Assembly: GCA_964016885.1 (NCBI GenBank)
Contig: OZ024740.1
Coordinates: 268,770,001-268,834,000 of the forward strand
Direction: 5' to 3'
DNA: 64,000 nucleotides
Source of the DNA: Eledone cirrhosa
Lineage: Eukaryota
Below the pieces are notes generated by a model. The model was not told the DNA's origin. It saw nothing but the letters and a program-made list of their open reading frames with translations, and made no database searches. The position numbers and the translations under genes are program-made. Shown here piece after piece: positions 1 to 10,230 of this stretch (within the stretch, counting starts at the first letter, position 1; each line of letters begins with the position of its first letter).

Positions 1-165
1 ATATTAACAAGGTGTAATAGTGAAAACATAGATATGGTACAGTAGCCAAATGATTATGAGAGCTAGAATGAAGAGTCGTCAAAAACCAATGGTAATAATG
101 ATGATAACAATAATGTTGGCAAACAAAAGAACCTAAACAAAAAACTAAGTAATGGAATATATCTG

Positions 166-2818
166 CTAATGGGTACAATTTGTACTACTAGAACGTTTGG
201 GTTTATAATAAAAATAAGAATTAGAAATGGCGTGGGGGCAAGAAGAGAATATCTCAGACTGTCTATTAAGTAAGGATACGCTAGAGAAAATTATAGAGTG
301 TGTCTCAAGTATACAGAGATTACAAAACTTACTATGTGTAGAAAGATGGTTAGAGCGTGCTACTAAACGCCAGTTAAGGCTATATGGTATATAAGCTCCC
401 TTAAGATCCCAGATATAATGCGCTAAAGAAGTAGAATTCTTAAACCTAACATGTTTGAAGTTAGAGATATGAGAGTTAAACCTAGTCTTAAAAGTGTTTG
501 AAGTAGATCCTATATAAGTTCTATTAGAGGAATTAGTTATAACCTCGCAAGCGTAGACAATGTTCTTAGAAAGGCAGTTACCGTTTAGAGGGCAGTTAGC
601 ACTCATTCTACAATTGCACTTCCGGGTGTTATTGGTTGGCTCGAGTGGTGATGTATTACACGTAGGATCTCTATTAGATAAGGACTGTTCTGGTGATAAA
701 GCATTGTCAGATCCGTTCAGACTAGTAGTATGTAGAGAGGAGAATCCATCCCTAATTTTCCTATTATTAGTGCTAGCTAAATGAGAACTAATATTAGGGG
801 TGGTAGAGAATGAGAGTTTAATAACATTTTTATTAAAAATACCATGGTATTTATGAGAAGGGGGGAAATTTTTCTCTAAGATAGTGAAGAAAGACCTAGG
901 GATATTAGTTGATACATCCTGATTATATGACGGGTTGAAATAAGTATTTAATCGCCTTCTATTTTTATTTTTATTCTTACCGACCCTACCTTTATCAAAT
1001 GTCCCACCGTCGAGACTAGGGTTACTATCAGGATTAGTTGAAGCCACATTCATAGAATCAGCCATAATTTCGTTATGTCTATTATAGTTTCTACCTCCAG
1101 TAGATCTGCTGCTGTCCGGAATCCCTTCAAGAGGATTAGGGCCAATGATAGGATCAGTAGGAGCAACATTATTAGAATAAGATCCAGCAAAACCAACAAC
1201 AATGCGTGAGCGCACAGGGGGTTCAACTTGTCTCCTAGAGGTATTATATTTGCTATTACGAGTCCGGTGGGTTAACTTATGGGTGGGTTCAGATACACCT
1301 ATATAATTTCTACGGTTACTATATTTGCTACTCCCATTCATGGCCATGTTATGTGATATAATGTTATTATTATTAAGAGTAAGCGGAGGCTTTCTAAGGT
1401 TACTATTATTATAATTTATTTTACTAGAGTGACCTGAATTTGCTAGGGCATTATTGTAGTACTCCGCATGTTCATTAAATGTTCCTATGTCCTTAGAGAG
1501 TGTGGAAATCCTATTAGATACGCCCTTAATTATAGAGTTTATCATAGACTTAGGGTGGTTAGAGTTGGGGTTAACATAAGAAAGAATTTCATTAGGCTTA
1601 TGGAAGGGTTTAAAACTATTAGTGACCAAGTCCAAAGTCACATCTAAAAAGTTAACCGCTCTATCATTTCTATCTATCGTGATCGAAAGGTTGTAGCTTT
1701 TAAAAAACTTATAAAGCTTCTTCTTATTATGTTCTACATTGTTCGTGCTAGAGTTAATTACAAACAATGCATCATCAGGATATAGTCCGCCTATAAGGTG
1801 CGGGAAGGTAGCGTATAGTTCATTAAGGAGGAACAACCCAACAAGATCAGTAACCTGGGCCGAATCACTCGAACCCATTGTAACGTCGAAATTATTGGGC
1901 GTGTTTTTACGGGTCCAAAATGTGTCCTCAAATTTAATAATAGTTTTACGGGCTGCTAGTATAATATCAACCTGCGATCGTGTAAGGCTGGACACTCTCA
2001 TGGCCAACATTAAGGCTTGAGGAGGATGGGTGAAATTGATGTGTAGTAGGCATCAATATCGAATTGGATAAACTTATTAGATTCAAGTCTATTAATCCCA
2101 GAGAACCAATCTATAACTTCCCTAGTGTTCCCCCATAGGTTAAAATTAACCTTATCCCTAACATCTGGTATAATAAGGTCAAGGATTTTTTTACTGATAA
2201 TGGCTATATCCGACTTAGAAGGACAGATAAGTCTAACTGAGGGGTTACTAATAAAATCAACCTTATGATCCTTAAGTGTGAATATCGGTTCTCGAGCGTA
2301 ATATGGCTGGGTATACTTATCGAGTCCGAGGTCAGAGACTATTCTAAGGCCCTCACTATTGATGTGGTTCAAATTCTCAAGCGTAGTTTTTTTATAGTTT
2401 CTATATAACTCTTTATAAATAAAATCGCGGTATGTACTATAGTCCATGGAGTATAGATTCTTAGTCTTATCTGCTGGGACAAGAATGGACTTATTCTCAC
2501 CGAAACCCTTAACAATATTTTTAAGTCTGGACTGGAACTTATCAAAGTTATTATAATTTCTATGTCTATTATTTGGCCTAAACCTAACATTTTTGACCAG
2601 AGAGAGTAAGTCACTTTCAAAACTATCTAATAGTATATTGTGTGGTGGGCACTTATAAGTTTTGAAGCCATAGTTATTAAAATTTGTTCTATTCCTGGGG
2701 TCCTTCCTATTCTTATTATTATCGTAGTGGAAAGCACGCCATCTAATCCTTTTTACAAAGGAGTTAACACTAGCTATCAGTAGATTTTGGTAAGTATTCT
2801 TAGAGGGGGTGGGAATAT
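166..2818 (-). mobile_element. Penelope-like retroelement, near full-length but frameshifted (RT + C-terminal GIY-YIG endonuclease)
   Basis: Collinear fragments: N-term NIPTPSKNTY..FVKRIRWRAF (~2815-2730), KDHKVDF..PSVRLICPSKS..FIQFDIDAYYTSI (2010-2447), FDVTMGSSDSAQVTDLVG, YPDD (catalytic YxDD), VNFLDVTL, SNHP, CNCR..CPL..CL..NIVY..YIGST..FKTRF..H, CNLCILE..LLN..EIFSSCPH (166-2010). Confidence 0.92.
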
Positions 2819-2831
2819 ATATATATATATG

Positions 2832-2881
<50 letters not shown>

Positions 2882-2899
2882 AGAGTTAAACAAGGTTCA

Positions 2900-2987
2900 A
2901 TGAATACATCTAAGAATGAGTTTTACACACATACATGTGTGTGTATGTATTTATATGTATGTGTGTGTATATGTATGTATATATGTG

Positions 2988-3020
<33 letters not shown>

Positions 3021-3386
3021 ATGTATATGTGTATGTATGTGTATATGTATATGTATGTGTTTTTGTGCGTGTGTGTATGTGTATGTATTTATTTTTATGT
3101 ATGTATGTGTATGTGCAATTAAGCATATTGCTTACCACGTGTGTTTGTTCATTTATTTGTTGTCTGTATCGCTGTCAACTTTATAATAATTTTTACATTT
3201 TTTTTATTCTTATGTGATGGTATTTTTATTATAATATTTTTTCTTATAATTAATTGAGTGTATGCGTATGTAGGTGTGCGTACATATATCTATATTTGTG
3301 TATGCGTATGTATGCGTGTGTATGTATGTGTGTGTATGTACGTGTGTATACATGTATGATTATGTGTATGTATGTATATATATATA

Positions 3387-3481
<95 letters not shown>

Positions 3482-3899
3482 TTGTGTGTATGTGTATGTA
3501 TGGATATGTTGATATATATGTGTATTTGTACGTGTATGTATATGTGTATGTATATATATATATGTGTGTGTATATGTATGTATATATGTATATATGTGTA
3601 TGTATATATGTGTGTGTATGTAATTGTGTGTGTGTGTGTGTGCACGTGCGTTTATTTTTCCTTTCCTTCTTCCTTTTCCAGCCTCACTTTCATATAGATT
3701 ATATTTTTGTATTTAAAATCCAATGTCAATAAATACACCAGGATTTTTTCATTCTGATGATTGAAAACACAATTAGTTTGCTTTCATGAAACCACTGGTA
3801 AATGAAATAATTGAATTATGTTGTTTATTACATAACTATTAAGCTCTGTAACCTACATAGAGCACTCTTTTTTCCTGGACCTTTCCGACGGAATTACTT

Positions 3900-3902
<3 letters not shown>
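2900..3902 (+). mobile_element. Microsatellite-rich PLE 3'UTR/pseudo-LTR copy ending in an HHR (homolog of 27530-28790)
   Basis: Shares unique anchors with 27530-28790 (gagttttacac; cttaccacg..ctgtatcgctgtcaa; cctttccttcttcc..ccagcctcactttcatatagatt; agagcactcttttttcctggac..ccgacggaattacttca), separated by TG/TA mosaics. Confidence 0.8.
3747..3807 (+). ncRNA. Type I hammerhead ribozyme (intact core)
   Basis: tttcatt-CTGATGA-t tgaaa..tttca t-GAAAC-cactg-GTA-aatgaaa: 7-bp stem I, stem II, ACC/GGT stem III, GUA cleavage triplet. Confidence 0.85.
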
Positions 3903-3958
<56 letters not shown>

Positions 3959-4924
3959 CACAAATCAACTAATGGTAGGTGCACAACAGAAAAGACAAAC
4001 ACTATAGATTAAAACATACACTGACATTCAATGCACTGATAACACTAATAATAAGGTTCATGTACAAAGCAACTCACATCCCCTCCAACACACACACACA
4101 CACACACACACGTGTCACAAGATTGAAACAAAGACCAGAAAATGCAGAATGAATGAGACACGTTCACCCGTTAACACACATAACTAATTATATATACAAC
4201 AGTACAATGAGGCACTAATATATACAAATAATTGTACTTAGGCATACACAACTAATTAAACATAATACGTGGTTGTACAATTACACAAAATGCACATTCT
4301 AACAAATACAAATATATAAACAATATATGCATTAACTACATCTACAATATACTAAATATGCACTTCTATACTCATATAAAATAAAAAGAGGATTATATAA
4401 GATACAAAGCTTTTTCAACTTTTGTTTACAAACAACGGAGAATTGGAAATTAGATAGTGAAAATACTGCCACCGTTGTATTTTTAGGCTAATAATTTTAA
4501 GTCATGAAAAAATGAATGACCATTGACGTACATAGGGCACGAACGCACATCTCCGGGTACTATTGCATTGCATTGTGCCACCATTACACCAATACGCCAC
4601 TCACAAAATTACATTAAATTTGAAGCTATATAATCATAGTGCATGAATACATATATATATAAGATACAAAGCTTTTTCAACTTTTGTTTACAAACAGCCG
4701 AAAATGTCAAATTATTAAATACCAGGTAACACAAACTGTTTCGTTGCCTTCATTCTACCGTCCATTTCGCATTGTCTTAGCTTTCTTAAACATAATTTTC
4801 TACATCATTTACTATACACAATGCTTCAAGCAAACTACATTCTATTGCACTCATATAAATATATCCATTCACATATATCAAATTGAACACATACTATTGA
4901 AGTTCACATTAACACTCTATACGA

Positions 4925-5335
4925 AGGGTCTCAAACGCACGGCCCACGAGCCTCATTTGGTTCGTAAGCTGTTTTATAGTCCGTGACCAATATTTCTCTA
5001 AACCTTGGTAATGTCTCCCTTCTTTAAAAGTATTTATAATAATATTTATTGTTATTTAAAATGCTAAAAACGAAAAAAAGGGGTATTTACCAAGTGTAAA
5101 ACGTAATTAAGGAAAATTTGAAACGAAAATTTTGACCTCCTCAATTTTTTACTCTTTCATATATCCCACTTACTATCATATGCATATTCATTTTTATTTT
5201 AAAAAGCAAATAGCACCCTTATCAGCTTTATTGTAAATTAGCATTATAACTGGTGGAAATCGCGAGCCCACTCGCATTTTGTACGCTTTGGCCTGCTGTC
5301 CCCCAAGATATAATGAGCCATTTGAGTCTACTACA
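4925..5335. mobile_element. Degenerate hAT-like MITE remnant
   Basis: Starts agggtctcaaacgcacggccc and ends tttgagtctact, resembling the imperfect TIR plus GGCCC subterminal motif of hAT MITEs. Confidence 0.4.
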
Positions 5336-5430
5336 GTAGACAAATAAATAGAAAAAAAACTACATTAATGAAGGCACACTGAGACATGGGCACAACCAAT
5401 CATAGAAATGAACATTATAATATGCAGCTT

Positions 5431-5620
5431 AAGGCGGTGGATTGGCAGTATCGGTAGAGGGTCGGACGCCATGCTTTGTAGCAAAGAGTTACGGCCCTTT
5501 GTGGTCTGAGTTCAAATCCCGCCGAGGTTAACTTTTCCTTTCATCCTTACGGGGTCGATAAAATAAAGTACAAGTAATGCACTGGGTAATTGCTGGCCTT
5601 GTGCCAAATGTAGAAACAAT
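5431..5620 (+). mobile_element. tRNA-derived SINE
   Basis: A-box-like TGGCAGTATCGG, B-box GTTCAAATC, body ctttcatccttacggggtcgataaaataaagtac, end gccttgtgcc..agaaacaat; about 12 copies in the window. Confidence 0.88.
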
Positions 5621-5645
5621 CATAATATGCAACTTTATAAGGATG

Positions 5646-5735
<90 letters not shown>

Positions 5736-5880
5736 TACATGCACGTGGGTGAGAGAATACACAAACGCACACACACACACACACCAACGCATATAAACAC
5801 ACAGATATAGAAAATAATTTAGCTGAATTATAAAATCTTCTCAAATAGACACATAAACAAACCTAACTCGAAAACAAATA

Positions 5881-6060
5881 ATTGTTTCTACTTTAGGCAC
5901 AAAGCCAGCAATTACCCAGTGCATTACTGGTACTTTATTTTATCGACCCCGTAAGGATGAAAGGCAAAGTCAACCTCGGCGGGATTTGAACTCAGACCGT
6001 AAAGGGACGTAACTATGCTGGAAAGCATGGCGTCCGACCCTCTACTGATACTGCCAATCC
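5881..6060 (-). mobile_element. tRNA-derived SINE with target-site duplication
   Basis: Reverse complement of the same family; flanked by aactcgaaaacaaa(a)ta at 5865-5880 and 6061-6077. Confidence 0.88.
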
Positions 6061-6454
6061 AACTCGAAAACAAAATAATGATATAAAAAGAAGTCAACTG
6101 CCCTCACACACCACACCAGATCTCAACTAACCTTTTAATTGCCTTTATATCTCCATGGGCTTTCTTGTCACTTTCTTTTGTATTATTTTTATTTTTACAT
6201 TTATATTTTTTATTTTTTTTAAATGTTCATATATCTCCAATGAATCACTTCTACCAATTAAGTTATAAATCCTTTCCCTAGTGAATACGAATTAATCTGG
6301 TTTGGAGAATTGAATTTATATCAACCATCGACAGAATGTACATGCGTTATCAACATTCTACTTTCTTTAATTAAGATAATGGTCTTACTATTCATTTAGT
6401 CATTTAACTAATGAATTTCCTATATGTATATATATATATATAGAGAGAGAGAGA

Positions 6455-6869
6455 TTACATGAAACAAAGTTCTGTTTAAATCATTTATCTGCTTACAATT
6501 GTTTCTTCCAAACCGAGGTTAGAATTCTTCGGAGCAATTATTCAGTGATTTTTAACATACTTGACCTCCTTTTCAACACAAGAGACATATAGAAAGATAT
6601 GTATATATTGACCCACAGTGGGTTGACATCCATTATAATAATATAGCATGGTAATTTACATACAAAGAATACAGTCATATTGAAGGACAAAATCAAAGTT
6701 AAAATTAAAATTAAAATTAAAATAAAACTTTGGCAGTCTACTAAGATAAAGCAAAAGGAAAGTTTGGAGTAGCCAGTGTATGCAACAGTCACACGTTCTT
6801 CCTAACCTCGGTTTGGAAGAAACAATTGTAAGCAGATAAATGATTTAAACAGAACTTTGTTTCATGTAA
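6455..6869. repeat. 68-bp inverted repeat pair (PLE-type inverted pseudo-LTR)
   Basis: 6455-6522 is the reverse complement of 6802-6869; both arms include the 3' half of an HHR. Confidence 0.8.
6490..6536 (-). ncRNA. Hammerhead ribozyme, U4C core variant
   Basis: Minus strand: tgct-CCGAAGA-attctaacc tc ggtttggaa-GAAAC-aatt-GTA-agca; palindromic stem III ACAATTGT. Confidence 0.65.
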
Positions 6870-7054
6870 ACTCTATATAACTGCTCTGTAAAACAACTGA
6901 TGTTGTTACATTGAGCTATTTATCTTACTGGTAATAAGATAGTAATAAATTACTGTCTTTCACTATTTAGGGTATAATATATATATAACTATAAAAGGTT
7001 TTAGTATATACATAACCATAAATAGTATCCTTAATACTATATATATATATATAT

Positions 7055-7400
7055 ACATTTAGGATTGTTGGTTCACCACTGGCTAGAACTGGTCATTCCG
7101 TATAGTCAACCGTGATGTAAGCTTAGGAAAATTACTCGACGTAATGCAACCCATCCATCTTCGTTTATGTTGAATCTTGTTGGTGGTGTGAGAACGGATT
7201 TAATTATTATTGAGTAATATGACAGGAGGCTGGACTGGTGAACTTCCTTCAAAGATTTATTACAAACACTATGCACAATTCAATGACCAGGTTCCGTAGG
7301 ATCCTGATGACATCATCAGGTGTTAATTGTATAAAAGTTATCCAATAAAGGAATATAATAATGGTAGACACAATCCAAGAGGCTGAAAAGTAGAGAGAAA
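7055..7400. repeat. Dispersed repeat (probable PLE terminal repeat) shared with 52345-52705
   Basis: 7222-7395 aligns with 52345-52500 on the same strand; 7055-7235 aligns with 52530-52705 in reverse. Confidence 0.65.
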
Positions 7401-7789
7401 TGTTTAAGAACCGAGGGCAGTCTGCATGACCGCCTTGAAGGATGACCGACTTGAAGGCGGTCACCCAGACGGACAATAACTGGCTCTGACCACCCTCGGG
7501 GCTTAAACATCTCTCTACTTTTCACCCTCTGACCATAGGAGAGCCTTAGCAATCTAGGGGTGAATGTACAAGCGCGTGTGTAATAACGGATGGGATATTA
7601 AAGAAAGGAAGGTATAAATCCAGCCGCAATGCCTACGGGGTTTCGGCTTGTATGTAGCAAGACTTCTCAATATATTCTTTAAAGAATAAACCTTCTGAAA
7701 TTTATGAAACATTGAAAATTAATAGCTGATTAGAAAATGAAAAAAAACAAACAAACAAACAATAACAGTTACTTGGAGGAGGAGTAGAA

Positions 7790-8097
7790 GGATGATGATG
7801 GTGATGATGTTGATGATGATGATGGTGGTGGTGGTGATGATGATGATGATGATGATGATGGTGATGTTGATGGTGGTGATGATGGTGATGATGATGATGA
7901 TGATGATGATGGTGGTGGTGATGATGATGATGATGATGATGATGGTGATGTTGATGGTGGTGATGATGGTGATGATGATGATGATGATGATGATGGTCGT
8001 GATGATGGTGATGATGATGATGATGATGGTGGTGGTGATGTTGATGGTGGTGATGATGGTGATGATGATGATGATGAAGGTGATGATGATGATGGTG

Positions 8098-8129
<32 letters not shown>

Positions 8130-8210
8130 AATGATGCGTAGAGGGGGGGGGGGGCAAACACCACCATTACCACTTCCACAGTCAGGATAATGAGGATTAT
8201 GAGAATGATG

Positions 8211-8246
<36 letters not shown>

Positions 8247-8354
8247 ACGACGCTGATGGTGATAATGATGCTTAGGAGGGTGAGGAAGGGGAGGCCAAAT
8301 ACCACCATTACCACTTCCACAGTCAGGATAATGAAGATTATGAGGATGATGATG

Positions 8355-8404
<50 letters not shown>

Positions 8405-8450
8405 AAGGCGACGATGGTGAAGATGATGGTAATGATAATGATGATCATGA
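7790..8450. repeat. (ATG/GTG)n trinucleotide microsatellite with an internal duplicated spacer
   Basis: Long (GAT)n array; caccaccattaccacttccacagtcaggataatga-like spacer occurs twice (~8158 and ~8299). Confidence 0.95.
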
Positions 8451-8451
8451 T

Positions 8452-8645
8452 AATTGTTTCTACTTTTTGGCACAAGGCCAGTAATCACCCAGTGCATTAC
8501 TGGTACTTTATTTTATCGACCCCCGTAAGGATGAAAGGCAAAGTCAACCTCGACGGGATTTGGACTCAGACCGTAAAGGGACGTAACTATGCTGGAAAAC
8601 ACGGCGTCCGACCCTCTACCGATACTGCCAATTCACCGCCCTTGC
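8452..8645 (-). mobile_element. tRNA-derived SINE
   Basis: Full reverse copy of the SINE family. Confidence 0.85.
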
Positions 8646-8659
8646 GGTGATGATGATAA

Positions 8660-8828
8660 TAATTGTTTCTACTTGTGGCACAAGGCCAGCAATTACTCAG
8701 TGCATTACTGGTACTTTATTTTATCGACCCCCGTAAAGATGAAAGGCAAAGTGAACGTCGGCGGGATTTGAACTCAGACTATAAAAGGGCGTAACTCTAT
8801 GCTGCAAAGTATGGCGTCCGACCTTCTA
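8660..8828 (-). mobile_element. tRNA-derived SINE (5'-truncated, tandem to previous copy)
   Basis: Reverse copy of the SINE family. Confidence 0.85.
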
Positions 8829-9075
8829 TGAATGTTGTGGTGATGATGATTTTTGTGCGTGAATGAAATAATTAAAAATATAACACTTCCATCTGAAAGA
8901 AGATATTCCAGTGCGAATAAAACAAAAATCTGAATGTCTGTGACATATGATGTTTGATGGATGAGACAATGTGTGTATTAACAGGGAAAATGGTCGGATT
9001 TGATAGATGGATACAGGTGGTGGTGGTGGGGTTTGATGACAGGTCACAGGACTGAAGCATAGCAGTGTCGTTTCT

Positions 9076-9185
9076 TAGACATTACATCGGTGTGTGTGAG
9101 TGTGTGTGTGTGTGTGTGTGTGGCAATGTAGTTGGGTTAGTTAGACATTACATCGCTGTGTATGTGTGTATGTATGAGTGTGTGG

Positions 9186-9222
<37 letters not shown>

Positions 9223-9421
9223 GCAATGTAGTTAGGGTTAGATTATTTCAACGCTGTGTATGTGTGTGTGTATGTGTGTGTGTGTGTGTGGCAATGTAGT
9301 TAGGGTTAGATTATTTCAACGCTGTGTATGTGTGTGTGTATGTGTGTGTGTGTGTGTGGCAATGTAGTTGGGTTAGTTAGACATTACATCGCTGTGTATG
9401 TGTGTATGTATGAGTGTGTGG

Positions 9422-9456
<35 letters not shown>

Positions 9457-10080
9457 GCAATGTAGTTAGGGTTAGATTATTTCAACGCTGTGTATGTGTG
9501 TGTGTATGTGTGTGTGTATGTGTGTGTGTATGTGTGTGTGTATGTGTGTGTGTGTGTGTGGCAATGTAGTTGGGTTAGTTAGACATTACATCGCTGTGTA
9601 TGTGTGTATGTATGAGTGTGTGGGTGTGCGTGTATGTGTGTGTGTGTGTGTGTGGCAATGTAGTTAGGGTTAGATTATTTCATCGCTGTGTATGTGTGTG
9701 TGTATGTGTGTGTGTATGTATGTGTGTGTGTGTGTGTGGCAATGTAGTTGGGCTAGTTATACATTATATCGCTGTGTATGTGTGTATGTATGAGTGTGTG
9801 GGTGTGTGTGTATGTGTGTGTGTGTGTGTGGCAATGTAGTTAGGGTTAGATTATTTCATCGCTGTGTATGTGTGTGTATGTGTGTGTGTATGTGTGTGTG
9901 TGTGTGTGTGGCAATGTAGTTGGGCTAGTTAGACATTACATCGCTGTGTATGTGTGTATGTATGAGTGTGTGGGTGTGTGTGTATGTGTGTGTGTGTGTG
10001 TGTGTGTGGCAATGTAGTTAGGGTTAGATCATTTCATCGCTGTGTATGTGTGTGTGTATGTGTGTGTGTGTGTGTGACAA
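9076..10080. repeat. Compound tandem repeat: two alternating ~40-bp cores separated by (TG)n
   Basis: Core A ggcaatgtagttgggttagttagacattacatcgctg; core B ggcaatgtagttagggttagattatttcaacgctg; order approximately ABBABABABAB. Confidence 0.9.
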
Positions 10081-10230
10081 TGTTGTTTTAGGTTTTACAT
10101 GTGACTGTGTATCGGTGAGTATGTATGTATGTATGTGTGCGTGTATGTGTGATTGTGTGTGGTGTTCCTGAAGCATGACAGAAGTGTGTATGTATATGAG
10201 TAAATATATTCATATACGTTAGAGAGAGGG

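Noticed and set aside
2900-3732. Many ORFs rich in Y/I/C/V/M/H/T (also 25-28 kb, 35-36 kb, 58 kb, 63 kb)
   Set aside because: Translations of TA/TG/CA microsatellites that lack stop codons by composition.
5431-5530. tRNA gene
   Set aside because: The A/B boxes belong to the SINE head; no complete cloverleaf.
7702-8497. Poly-His / poly-Ser / poly-Met ORFs
   Set aside because: Frames of the (GAT)n microsatellite.
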